From a bacterium (GTDB taxonomy: Bacteria > Patescibacteriota > Minisyncoccia > UBA6257 > Colwellbacteraceae), in NCBI GenBank assembly GCA_029548485.1, contig JAKPNH010000002.1, positions 7,747 through 71,746 on the forward strand: DNA of 64,000 nt, written 5' to 3'. Made by a program: the position numbers and the translations under genes. Numbering within the stretch: position 1 is the stretch's first letter; each line of letters opens with the position of its first letter. The notes below the pieces were generated by a model. That model was not told the origin of the DNA and did not search any database. It was given only the letters and a program-made list of their open reading frames with translations. This document shows positions 9,663 through 18,508 of the stretch, in pieces.

Positions 9663-10070
9663 ATGGATTGCCTTTTTTGCAAGATCGCGGCCAAGGAAAT
9701 TCCGTCCGAAATCATCTATGAAGACGAGTGGGTAACGGCTTTTTTGGACGTCAATCCCCTGACCGAAGGCCATACCCTGATCGTTCCGAAAAAACACGCC
9801 GAAAACATCCTGGATTTGTCCGAAGCCGACATCGAACCGGTTTTTTTGGCGGTCAAAAAAGTGACCGCCATGCTCGAGAAAGCTCTGCGTCCCCGGGGGT
9901 TTACAATAGGCATAAATCACGGTAAAATCAGCGGGCAATCGATTGATCATCTGCATATCCACGTCATCCCGAGATACGCTTCGGACGGCGGAGGATCGCT
10001 CCATTCGGTGGTTCATTTTCCGCCGACCGCGAGCCTTAAAGAAACAAAGAAAAAGATTTTGAACGCATAA
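9663..10070 (+). CDS. HIT-family (histidine triad) nucleotide hydrolase
   Basis: 'HLHIHVIPR' HxHxHxx motif. 135 aa. Confidence 0.85.
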   Translation: MDCLFCKIAAKEIPSEIIYEDEWVTAFLDVNPLTEGHTLIVPKKHAENILDLSEADIEPVFLAVKKVTAMLEKALRPRGFTIGINHGKISGQSIDHLHIHVIPRYASDGGGSLHSVVHFPPTASLKETKKKILNA

Positions 10071-10286
10071 ATGGCTATCATCGTCAGAAAAAAAGAAGGA
10101 GAATCGGCCGGATCGCTGATTTTCCGTTTCGGAAAGAAAATCCAGCAATCGGGCGTTATTCAGGAGACGAAAAAAAGAAGATTCAAGAAAAGAGACGCCA
10201 ACAAGCGGTCCAAGCGGGTGGCCGCGCTCTACAAGGCGCGCAAGCGGAAAGACATCGAAAAAAAGAAGAAGCTCGGCTTGATGTAA
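10071..10286 (+). CDS. rpsU: 30S ribosomal protein S21
   Basis: 71 aa, very basic. The pattern MxxIxVRxxEsxxxxLxRFxK...RRxFxK...RKR matches S21. Confidence 0.6.
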   Translation: MAIIVRKKEGESAGSLIFRFGKKIQQSGVIQETKKRRFKKRDANKRSKRVAALYKARKRKDIEKKKKLGLM

Positions 10287-10290
10287 CTCC

Positions 10291-10743
10291 ATGGCCATTC
10301 TGCCGACCATCGAAGAGGATTTGAAATCAAGTATGAAGAATGCTGACTCGGAAAGAGTCGGCATTTTGCGTTTGCTCTTGTCGGCGATCCACAATGAGGA
10401 AATCGCCAAGCGGGGCAGGGGAGGAGAAGGCCCGCTCGATCCCGACGAGGAAATCGTCGTTTTGAAAAGGGAAGCCAAAAAAAGAAAAGAATCGATCGAA
10501 CTCTATCGCCAAGGAGGCCGGAACGATCTGGCCGAAAAAGAAGAGCGCGAATTCAGAGTCATCAGCCAGTATCTGCCTCCGGAAATGAGCCGCGAAGCCG
10601 TCGAAGAAACCGTGAGAAAAGTCATCGCTTCTGGACAAAAGGATTTCGGATCGGTCATGAAAGAAGCGATGAAAGAACTGAAGGGTAAAGCCGACGGAAA
10701 ACTTGTCGCCGAAGTCATCAAATCGGCGCTCGGAAGCGAATAA
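10291..10743 (+). CDS. GatB/YqeY-domain protein
   Basis: 150 aa with YqeY-family signature segments LRLLLSAIHNEEI and ...KGKADGKLV.... Confidence 0.75.
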   Translation: MAILPTIEEDLKSSMKNADSERVGILRLLLSAIHNEEIAKRGRGGEGPLDPDEEIVVLKREAKKRKESIELYRQGGRNDLAEKEEREFRVISQYLPPEMSREAVEETVRKVIASGQKDFGSVMKEAMKELKGKADGKLVAEVIKSALGSE

Positions 10744-11120
10744 TGGCTTTGGAGAAAAGGCTGGAATCTTTGGCCGAGAAAGCGCTTGTCGCGCTGCGCC
10801 GGCCGGATTCGTCGGTCTCTGTTTATCTTCTTCCCGACAGCCTGATGCGGAAGCTCAATTTCAAATACCGGCGGAAAGACAAGCCGACGACAGTCTTGTC
10901 GTTTGTCGAACCAAAAGTGCCCCATCCGGAAACCGATAGAAAAGTCCTCGGCGAAATATACCTCGCGCCGCGGTATATCTATAAAAACAAAGGAGACATC
11001 GACCGTTTGCTGCTCCACGGGCTGCTTCATCTTTTGGGGTATGACCATGCGCGAAAAAATGATAAAATAAGAATGGAAAACAAGGAGCGGGATTTGGCCC
11101 GCCGATTGTTGAAACAATAA
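10743..11120 (+). CDS. ybeY: rRNA maturation endoribonuclease YbeY
   Basis: 'HGLLHLLGYDH' zinc-binding motif. Confidence 0.85.
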   Translation: MALEKRLESLAEKALVALRRPDSSVSVYLLPDSLMRKLNFKYRRKDKPTTVLSFVEPKVPHPETDRKVLGEIYLAPRYIYKNKGDIDRLLLHGLLHLLGYDHARKNDKIRMENKERDLARRLLKQ

Positions 11121-11134
11121 TGTAATCCCGAAAT

Positions 11135-12358
11135 ATGGCTCAAAACACGGTTTTAGGATTGGATATCGGGTCGGCCAACATCAAAGCGATAGTGGCCGAA
11201 GCCCGCGGCGACAAAATGAAAGTCATCGCCGGATTCACCAGGGTTTCTTCCGGACTGCGCCGGGGATCGGTCGTGGAGATGGACGAAGTCTGCAAATCGG
11301 TGGCCGAAGTCTTGAACGAGGTTAAAGTCATTTCCCGATCGAGCGTCAAAAACATTTTTCTAAACATCGGCAGCGTCGACGTGAAATCCCAGATCTCCCG
11401 CGGCATCGTCGCCGTCGCCCGGGCCAATTCGGAAATCCACGAAGACGACATCGAACGCGTGGTCAAGGCTTCTCAGGCGATCAATATTCCCCAGAACCGG
11501 ACCATCCTCCATACGATCACCAAAGAATACGTGGTCGACGGCGTGAACGACATCCGCGATCCCGAGGGCATGATCGGCGCCAGGCTCGAAGTCTCGAGCA
11601 TGATCATCGACGCTTTCGCGCCGGCCTTGAAAAATCTCCAAAAATGCGTGGAAATCTCCGGAGGGAGTATCAGCGGATTGGTTTTCAATCCTTTGGCGGC
11701 GGCGAGATCGGTTCTCACCAAGAATCAAAAAGAGCTCGGCGTGGTTTTGATCGACATCGGTTTTGGAACGACGAGCCTCGTCATTTACGAGGAAGACAAA
11801 ATCTTGCATACGGCCATTTTCCCCGTAGGAGCGGGGCATATCACGAACGATTTGGCGATCGCTTTGAAAATTCCGGTTGAAACCGCCGAAAAACTGAAGC
11901 TCGCCTACGGCTACGCCCTTTCCAAGGAGGTTTCGAGCCGCGACACCATCGACCTCAAGAAAATAGATCTGACCGTCACCGGATCGCCCTCCAGGAAATT
12001 CATCGCCGAGGTCATCGAATCGCGAATCCAGGAAATATTCGAATTGGTTAACAACGAACTTCGGCTTATCGGCAAATCCGGCCGTTTGCCCGCCGGCGCG
12101 GTCCTTTGCGGCGGCGGAGCAAAAATGCCGGGGATCGTCGATTTGTCCCGCCAGGAACTCAAGCTTTCGACCCAGATCGGATTGCCGCAGGCCTCGTACT
12201 TCGAGCTCTCGACGAACGAACTCGCCGAATACCTCGAGCTTCCGGAGTGGGCCGTGCCTTTGGGCCTCGTCCTTTGCAGCAAAGACCAAGGCAGGGTAAA
12301 ATCCAAGCCAAGCGGCAGCCTGATCGTCAAAATATTCCAGAATCTCTTACCGGAATGA
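11135..12358 (+). CDS. ftsA: Cell division protein FtsA
   Basis: Actin-like ATPase with 'LGLDIGSANIKAIV' N-terminus. It lies directly upstream of ftsZ. Confidence 0.85.
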   Translation: MAQNTVLGLDIGSANIKAIVAEARGDKMKVIAGFTRVSSGLRRGSVVEMDEVCKSVAEVLNEVKVISRSSVKNIFLNIGSVDVKSQISRGIVAVARANSEIHEDDIERVVKASQAINIPQNRTILHTITKEYVVDGVNDIRDPEGMIGARLEVSSMIIDAFAPALKNLQKCVEISGGSISGLVFNPLAAARSVLTKNQKELGVVLIDIGFGTTSLVIYEEDKILHTAIFPVGAGHITNDLAIALKIPVETAEKLKLAYGYALSKEVSSRDTIDLKKIDLTVTGSPSRKFIAEVIESRIQEIFELVNNELRLIGKSGRLPAGAVLCGGGAKMPGIVDLSRQELKLSTQIGLPQASYFELSTNELAEYLELPEWAVPLGLVLCSKDQGRVKSKPSGSLIVKIFQNLLPE

Positions 12359-13545
12359 AAAAGAAAACTCAGAAGCGGAAAGCAACGACCAGACAGAGGA
12401 AATCGAGAACAGTTCCGGTGTTCGTCCACATCAAAGTAGTCGGCATCGGCGGCGGCGGCGGAAACGCCGTGACGAGAATGAGCGAAGACTTCATCAAGGG
12501 AGTCGAATTCGTGGCCATCAACACCGACACCCAGGATCTGGAATATTGCGAGGCCAAGCAGAAAATCAACATCGGCCGGAGCCTCACCAAGGGAATGGGC
12601 ACGGGCATGAATCCGGATCTGGGCAGGCAGGCGGCCGAGGAAAACCGTTCGGACATCGCCGAGGCCCTCCAAAACACGGATCTGGTGTTTTTGACCGCCG
12701 GCATGGGCGGAGGCACGGGCACCGGTGCCACGCCGGTCGTCGCCGAAATCGCCAGGGAAATGGGTATATTGACCGTGGCCGTAGTCACCAAACCTTTCGC
12801 TTTCGAAGGATCGCAAAGGATCAGGATCGCCGAAGAGGGAATCGCCAAACTGAAAGACAAAGTCGATTCTCTGATCATTATCCCGAACGACCGGGTTTTC
12901 AGCATCATCGGCAACGACACCTCGATCACCAAGGCTTTCATCAAAATCGACGAGATATTGAGGAATACGGTCAAAGGCATTTCCGAGATCGTTTCCATTC
13001 CGGGAATAGTGAACGTCGATTTCGCCGACGTCAAAATGATCATGGGAGGTGGTGGTCTGGCTTTTGTCGGCGTCGGCCAGGCGGCCGGCAACGACCGGGC
13101 CATCAAGGCGGCCACCCAAGCCATCAATTCCCCGCTTTTGGAGTTTTCGATCGATGGCGCCAAGGGCGTGCTTTTCGGGGTTTCTGGCGGCGCCGACCTA
13201 AAGATGGCCGAAATCAACGAAGCAGCCAAGCTGGTGACGGAAAACGTCGATTCCGGAGCGAAAATCATCTTCGGCGCCTATCACGACCGCAAGGTAAAGC
13301 AAGGGCAATTGAAAATTATCCTTATCGCCACCGGCTTCAACGGCCTGGTAAGCCGCGAAAGGGAGACTTTCAGCCTGTTCAGCCCGCTTCGGGAGGAGCC
13401 GTTAATGAAATCCGACGCCAAAAAGCCGGAAAAAGAGGCACTGGAGGAGAAAACGAGCGAAGAAAAGCCGGAAATCGGCAAAGCCGCCAAAGCGGACGAA
13501 GAAATCTGGGACATTCCGACATTTTTGAGAAAAAAACGCAAATAG
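12355..13545 (+). CDS. ftsZ: Cell division GTPase FtsZ
   Basis: ATG overlaps the ftsA stop (ATGA). Tubulin signature 'GMGGGTGTGATPVVAEIA'. The track ORF from 12106 is an N-terminal over-extension. Confidence 0.9.
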   Translation: MKKKTQKRKATTRQRKSRTVPVFVHIKVVGIGGGGGNAVTRMSEDFIKGVEFVAINTDTQDLEYCEAKQKINIGRSLTKGMGTGMNPDLGRQAAEENRSDIAEALQNTDLVFLTAGMGGGTGTGATPVVAEIAREMGILTVAVVTKPFAFEGSQRIRIAEEGIAKLKDKVDSLIIIPNDRVFSIIGNDTSITKAFIKIDEILRNTVKGISEIVSIPGIVNVDFADVKMIMGGGGLAFVGVGQAAGNDRAIKAATQAINSPLLEFSIDGAKGVLFGVSGGADLKMAEINEAAKLVTENVDSGAKIIFGAYHDRKVKQGQLKIILIATGFNGLVSRERETFSLFSPLREEPLMKSDAKKPEKEALEEKTSEEKPEIGKAAKADEEIWDIPTFLRKKRK

Positions 13546-13567
13546 AGTTTCACTTATCCACACGGAA

Positions 13568-13598
13568 ACCGGTTTTCGGGCGATAGACCGGTTTTTTG
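13568..13598 (+). terminator. Rho-independent terminator after ftsZ
   Basis: ACCGGT...ACCGGT hairpin followed by TTTTTTG. Confidence 0.5.
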
Positions 13599-13667
13599 TT
13601 TGAGGTAAAATTAAAAGACATTCTTAAAAAGTCCTCGAAAAAATAAATATAAAAAACAAAGCAAAAT

Positions 13668-15791
13668 ATGCCGCCAAAAAAGTTTCGGAATCATCTGACC
13701 AGCGTGACGAAAAGAGACGGGGAAACAACTCCTTTCGATAAAGCCAGAATCGAGCAAGCCATTTACAAAGCTTTGACCGCGACCGACCAGGGAGGAATCA
13801 AGCTGGCGAAACAATTGGCGGACAAGGTGGTGAGGATTTTGAACCGGCGCTTCAAAAAGAACGAAGCTCCGCACGTCGAGCAGATCCAGGACATCGTCGA
13901 GGAGATCCTGATGCTCGAAGACCTGACGGAAACCGCCAAGGCTTATATCCTTTACCGCGAACAGAGGAGGGCGATCAGGGAAGCGAAGACCGCCACCGAC
14001 GAAGCTTCGGAGTTGATCGACAGCTATCTCAAGGAAGTCGATTGGGAAGTGAAGGAAAACAGCAACATGGCTTTTTCCCTCCAGGGACTGAACCATTATG
14101 TCGCTTCGCACGTCACCAAGAAATATTGGTTGAACAAGATTTATCCGGTTGAAGTGAGGAAAGCCGTGGCCGACGGCGAGATCCACGTGCACGATCTCGA
14201 CATCCTCGGGCCCTATTGCTGCGGCTGGGACGTCGGAGACGTTTTGCTTCGCGGATTCGGAGGGGTTTTCGGAAAGATCCAGTCGCGTCCGGCCAAGCAC
14301 TTGCGTACGGCCTTGGGCCAGCTCGTCAATTTCTTTTACACGCTCCAAGGAGAATCCGCCGGCGCCCAGGCGTTTTCCAATTTCGATACTTATCTCGCGC
14401 CTTTCATCCGTTACGACGGCCTGACGTTCAAAGAGGTGAAGCAATGCCTTCAGGAATTCCTGTTTAATTGCAACGTGCCGACGCGCGTCGGATTCCAGAC
14501 TCCGTTTTCCAATATCTCCCTTGATCTGGTCGTGCCGAGTCACATGAAAGGCCTGCCGATAATCATCGGCGGCCAGCACAAAGAAGATGTCTACGGTTCG
14601 TTCCAGCCGGAAATGGATATCTTCAACAAAGCTCTTTGCGAGGTTTACGTCGAAGGCGACGCCACCGGCCGGGTTTTCACTTTCCCGATTCCGACTTACA
14701 ACATCACCAAGGATTTCGATTGGGACAATCCGAATTACGAAGGCGTTTGGCAGATGACCGCCAAATACGGCATTCCTTATTTCTCGAATTTCATCAATTC
14801 CGACATGAAGCCCGAAGATGCGCGCTCGATGTGCTGCCGACTCCGGCTCGACAACCGCGAACTCTACAAGCGGGGCGGAGGACTTTTCGGGGCCAATCCT
14901 TTGACCGGATCGATCGGCGTCGTCACCATCAATATGCCGCGGATCGGCTATCTCTCGAAGACCAAAAAAGAGTTTTTTGAAAGGCTTGATCGGATCATGG
15001 ATATCTCGAAAACCAGCCTGGAAATAAAAAGAAAGGCTCTGGAGGATCTAATAGAAAAAGGGCTTTATCCGTATTCGCGCTATTATCTCAGTGAAGCGAA
15101 AAAATTGAGGAATTCCTATTGGGCCAACCACTTTTCGACGATCGGGCTGATCGGAATGAACGAGGCGCTTTTGAATTTCCTGGGTGTCAGCATTTCCGAC
15201 AAGAAGGGCATCAAGTTCGCCGAGGAAGTGCTCGATTTCATGCGCGATCGATTGAGCTCTTACCAGGAAGAAACGGGGAACCTTTACAATCTCGAAGCCA
15301 CTCCGGGAGAAGGAACTTCTTACAGGCTTCCCTTGAAAGACAGGAAAGAATATCCGGATATCATCACCGCCGGAGAAAAGGATCCGTATTACACCAATTC
15401 CACCCAGCTTCCGGTCAATTACACCGACGACATTTTCGAGGCCATCGGGCTTCAAGACGGCCTGCAAACCAAGTATACCGGCGGCACGGTTTTCCACGCC
15501 TTCCTCGGGGAAGCTTTGCCGGACAGCGAGGCGGTGAAATCGACCATTAAGACCGTTTTCGGAAAATTCCGGCTGCCGTATTTCACCCTGACGCCGACTT
15601 TTTCCATTTGTCCGTCCCACGGATATATCGCCGGAAACCATCAATTTTGCCCGTATTGCGAAACCGAACAGACCTGCGAAATCTACTCGCGGGTGGTCGG
15701 CTTCCTCCGTCCGATCCAGCAATGGAACAAGGGCAAGCGCGAGGAATTCAACCAGCGGAAGATGTTCAAGGTGGCGGCCAAACAGGATTAG
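13668..15791 (+). CDS. nrdD: Anaerobic ribonucleoside-triphosphate reductase (class III)
   Basis: ATP-cone N-terminus, C-terminal zinc ribbon CxxC...CPYC, and a glycyl-radical segment. 707 aa. Confidence 0.9.
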   Translation: MPPKKFRNHLTSVTKRDGETTPFDKARIEQAIYKALTATDQGGIKLAKQLADKVVRILNRRFKKNEAPHVEQIQDIVEEILMLEDLTETAKAYILYREQRRAIREAKTATDEASELIDSYLKEVDWEVKENSNMAFSLQGLNHYVASHVTKKYWLNKIYPVEVRKAVADGEIHVHDLDILGPYCCGWDVGDVLLRGFGGVFGKIQSRPAKHLRTALGQLVNFFYTLQGESAGAQAFSNFDTYLAPFIRYDGLTFKEVKQCLQEFLFNCNVPTRVGFQTPFSNISLDLVVPSHMKGLPIIIGGQHKEDVYGSFQPEMDIFNKALCEVYVEGDATGRVFTFPIPTYNITKDFDWDNPNYEGVWQMTAKYGIPYFSNFINSDMKPEDARSMCCRLRLDNRELYKRGGGLFGANPLTGSIGVVTINMPRIGYLSKTKKEFFERLDRIMDISKTSLEIKRKALEDLIEKGLYPYSRYYLSEAKKLRNSYWANHFSTIGLIGMNEALLNFLGVSISDKKGIKFAEEVLDFMRDRLSSYQEETGNLYNLEATPGEGTSYRLPLKDRKEYPDIITAGEKDPYYTNSTQLPVNYTDDIFEAIGLQDGLQTKYTGGTVFHAFLGEALPDSEAVKSTIKTVFGKFRLPYFTLTPTFSICPSHGYIAGNHQFCPYCETEQTCEIYSRVVGFLRPIQQWNKGKREEFNQRKMFKVAAKQD

Positions 15792-15848
15792 TTTTTTCAT
15801 TTCCGAGACCGGTTTTTGATTTCTGAAGGCTTTTGTTAAGCTTTAGCT

Positions 15849-16544
15849 ATGATTTTCGGCGGCATCCAAAAAACGACCCTGGTGGATTATCCGGGCAAGG
15901 TGGCCTGCGTTTTGTTCACTTTGGGGTGCGATTTCAAATGCCCTTGGTGCCATAATCCGGAGCTTTCTTCGGCGAATCTGATCTCGGCACAGCCGGTTAT
16001 CGATCAGTCGGAGGTATTGAGTTTTTTGGAATCTAGAAAAGGCCTGCTCCAGGGAATCTGCATAACCGGCGGAGAACCGACTATCCAGCCGGACTTGATC
16101 GATTTTGTCCGCCGGGCAAAGAAAATGGAATTTTTATTGAAGCTCGATTCGAACGGTTCGCATCCGGAAGTCTTGGAAAAACTGATCGCCGAGAAGCTAG
16201 TGGATTACGTCGCCATGGATGTCAAAAACCGGCCGGAGAAATACGAAGAAACGATCGGTATAGCGGTGGCTCCCGAGAGGATCTTGGAGAGTATCAATAT
16301 CGTGAAAACATTGTCCGATTACGAGTTCCGGACAACCGTCGTCCCCGGATTGGTTTTGGAAGAAGACATTTTGGAAATCTCCGAGCTTATCAAAGGAGCC
16401 AGGCGCTATTATCTCCAGCCTTTCCAAGGACAGAAAACGGCCGGCTTTAATTATGACAAAAAAGCCGTTTTAAAGAAGCCGGAGCTGGAAAAAATTAGGG
16501 ATAAAATCAAGGATAAATTCGATATTTGCGAAGTCAGGGGATAG
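15849..16544 (+). CDS. nrdG: Anaerobic RNR activating protein (radical SAM)
   Basis: 'CDFKCPWCHN' CxxxCxxC motif. It follows nrdD directly. Confidence 0.85.
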   Translation: MIFGGIQKTTLVDYPGKVACVLFTLGCDFKCPWCHNPELSSANLISAQPVIDQSEVLSFLESRKGLLQGICITGGEPTIQPDLIDFVRRAKKMEFLLKLDSNGSHPEVLEKLIAEKLVDYVAMDVKNRPEKYEETIGIAVAPERILESINIVKTLSDYEFRTTVVPGLVLEEDILEISELIKGARRYYLQPFQGQKTAGFNYDKKAVLKKPELEKIRDKIKDKFDICEVRG

Positions 16545-16593
16545 TTTCAAGTAGGAGCTTCTATTGAAAAAAACAGTCAAATTTACTATCATA

Positions 16594-16623
16594 AAGCCGC
16601 TACCTTTTTGAAGATAGCGGCTT
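16594..16623. terminator. Hairpin terminator after nrdG
   Basis: AAGCCGCTA-12 nt-TAGCGGCTT perfect 9-bp stem. Confidence 0.4.
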
Positions 16624-16636
16624 AAAAATTGAATAT

Positions 16637-17047
16637 TCCGACATAGCTCAACGGTAGAGCGTCTCCCTGTGAACCGTCTTGTCCGATTGCTATAATTCAA
16701 AACAGTGGCGGGCAAGAGAATCTATGCCGACAGGCGCGAAGAATTGATCAGAACCGTCGGCATCACGCAGCCTTCTCGAGTAATCGAGATTGAATAATGG
16801 GGTGAATTCGGGGAAGTCCAATAATAGGATAATCCCGAGCCAATTCCCGCACATTGCGGGACAGGTGTAGAGACTATCTCGAAAGAGAGTAGTTCCCGCA
16901 GTTTTATATAAAACTGCGGAGGACGAAGCGCCTCATTCCGCACTCCGCAAAAACAGCGGAACGGAAATGATATAGTCCACCCTCGGTGGCAACATCGAGA
17001 TAAGTGTAAGGAGCGGGTTCCTGGTTCGAATCCAGGTGTCGGAGCCA
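16637..17047 (+). tRNA. tRNA-Asn(GUU) interrupted by a group I intron in the anticodon loop
   Basis: 5' exon 16637-16670 = TCCGACA-TA-GCTC-AACGGTA-GAGC-G-TCTCC-CTGT. 3' exon 17007-17047 = TAA-GGAGC-GGGTT-CCTGG-TTCGAAT-CCAGG-TGTCGGA-G-CCA. Spliced, the anticodon loop is CUGUUAA, discriminator is G73, and acceptor and T-arm closely resemble bacterial tRNA-Asn. A junction two nt earlier would instead give a UGU (Thr) anticodon. Confidence 0.7.
16671..17006 (+). ncRNA. Group I self-splicing intron (about 336 nt, no ORF)
   Basis: 5' splice after U, last intron nt is G. Core elements resemble the Tetrahymena/IC-type core: 'ATTGCGGGA' (P4-like), 'AGAGACTA' and 'GATATAGTCC' (P7 strands). Confidence 0.65.
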
Positions 17048-17102
17048 GATTGAGATAGCTCAAATATAGCTTCTGCTATAAAGAACTCTTAAGCTTTTTA
17101 CT

Positions 17103-18152
17103 TTATTCATTGAGCCAAAACCATAATTGATTTTTAAGCTCTTGATTCAGAATGTGTGTATCAGCGTGGGATAAAACACCAAGGTATGATTGTAGTGATT
17201 GTTCAACAGTTTTATAAGGAATTCGTCCATCTTTATATTCTTTGACACGCATTTTTAGTTTTTTAAATACTCGGTTTTTAGTCTTGGTGCGAAGCTGAAG
17301 ATGGTATGGCAAAACAACGTAACCGAGAAAATCTATACCCTGCCTTAATTTGCGGATGGAAACTTTATTGGGATGGAGTTCAAGACAAAGCCTTTGTCTA
17401 AGAAATGATTTTATCGGAGAGATTATCTTTTCAAGATAATACGGGTTATCAGCCAAGATTACAAAATCGTCAGTATAGCGAAGATAATGCTTTATTTTAA
17501 GACCATGTTTTATAAATTGGTCGAATTCATTCAGATAAACGTTTGCGAAAAGCTGGGAAGTAAGATTACCAATGGGCACACCCTTCTGCTCAAAGAGGTT
17601 GGAGTATCGGGAGGAGAAACTTTCTATAACTTCCCGCAGCAGCCACATTGTGTCGGGATCCTTAATTTTTTTAGCAAGAATATTAAACAAGATATAGTGG
17701 TCAATCGTTTCAAAGAACTTCTTAATATCGCACTTCAAAGCAAAACATGGCTTTCGTACGTTACCACTTACTTTTCGAGTAAGGTCCCGCAGTGTTATTA
17801 TGCCCTTGTGGGTTCCTTTGTTAATGCGACAAGAAAAGGAATTGGAGATAAACGATTTTTCAAAGAGAGGATTAATAATTGCGAAAATCGCGTGATGCAA
17901 TACGCGATCTCGTACGGCGGCTTTGTGTATATGACGTTGTTTTGGGTCTTGAATCCAAAATGATGTATAGAGACCGTGTTTATAGCGTCTTGCCTTCAGG
18001 TCGCGGTGCAATTGAAAGATATTTTGCTCAAGCTGCCATTCGAATAATTGGACGTCATCCTTGCCCTGTTTATCACTTTTAAATTTCTCCCAGGCAGCAA
18101 AGAGGTTTTCTAATGAAATGATTTGGTCAAAAAGGTTCCTATAAGTTTTCAT
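17103..18152 (-). CDS. Diversity-generating retroelement (DGR)-type reverse transcriptase
   Basis: About 350 aa. N-terminus 'MKTYRNLFDQIISLENLFAAWEKFKSDKQGK'. Motif 4 'IGNLTSQLFANVYLNEFD' is the [I/L]GxxxSQ DGR hallmark. Motif 5 is 'YLRYTDDFVIL'. No maturase or endonuclease domains. Confidence 0.8.
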   Translation of the reverse strand: MKTYRNLFDQIISLENLFAAWEKFKSDKQGKDDVQLFEWQLEQNIFQLHRDLKARRYKHGLYTSFWIQDPKQRHIHKAAVRDRVLHHAIFAIINPLFEKSFISNSFSCRINKGTHKGIITLRDLTRKVSGNVRKPCFALKCDIKKFFETIDHYILFNILAKKIKDPDTMWLLREVIESFSSRYSNLFEQKGVPIGNLTSQLFANVYLNEFDQFIKHGLKIKHYLRYTDDFVILADNPYYLEKIISPIKSFLRQRLCLELHPNKVSIRKLRQGIDFLGYVVLPYHLQLRTKTKNRVFKKLKMRVKEYKDGRIPYKTVEQSLQSYLGVLSHADTHILNQELKNQLWFWLNE

Positions 18153-18157
18153 AATAC

Positions 18158-18508
18158 ATGGAAGAATTAGACATACCAATTTTAAAAAAGGCTTATAATC
18201 TGTATAAAGACTTTTACGGTTTCCGCAATAATGTTCCCAGGCAGGATAGATTTACTATCTGGCAACGGTGTGAAAATATAATTTTGGAGATGCTAGAAAA
18301 TATCATCTACGCAAGTCAACTGTCAAAGTCGGAAAAATTACCAGTTTTACAGAAAGCCAGTCTCGAATTAAGCTTTCTCCGTGTTTTCCTTCGTCTTTGC
18401 AAAGAAACAAAAGTATTAGATACGAGAAAGTACATCTATTTAGAGGAAGCAGTAGACGAAATAGGTAGAATGCTTGGCGGATGGATAAAATCAACTAAAG
18501 ACCATTAA
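18158..18508 (+). CDS. Avd-like four-helix-bundle protein (23S rRNA IVS protein family), DGR accessory
   Basis: 116 aa. Helical pattern 'AYNLYKDFYGF...RQDRFTIWQ...' and C-terminus '...EEAVDEIGRMLGGWIKS', typical of the Avd/IVS family. Divergent from the RT with starts 5 nt apart. Confidence 0.6.
   Translation: MEELDIPILKKAYNLYKDFYGFRNNVPRQDRFTIWQRCENIILEMLENIIYASQLSKSEKLPVLQKASLELSFLRVFLRLCKETKVLDTRKYIYLEEAVDEIGRMLGGWIKSTKDH

Noticed and set aside
8205-10478. Long minus-strand ORFs (336 and 418 aa) antisense to lepB/hisS/HIT
   Set aside because: Arg/Gly/Asp-rich, low-complexity translations lying exactly opposite well-supported genes. Artefact of GC-rich third positions. Similar antisense ORFs elsewhere were rejected for the same reason: 1880-3097(-), 5713-7179(-), 11360-12289(-), 11911-13119(-), 13611-14579(-), 21737-22855(-), 23492-24313(-), 40728-41774(-), 51376-52752(-), 52676-54439(-), 55214-56935(-), 60374-61363(-), 62219-63334(-).
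16722-17063. 113-aa minus-strand ORF
   Set aside because: Lies inside the group I intron and tRNA 3' exon. Cys/Pro-rich nonsense translation.
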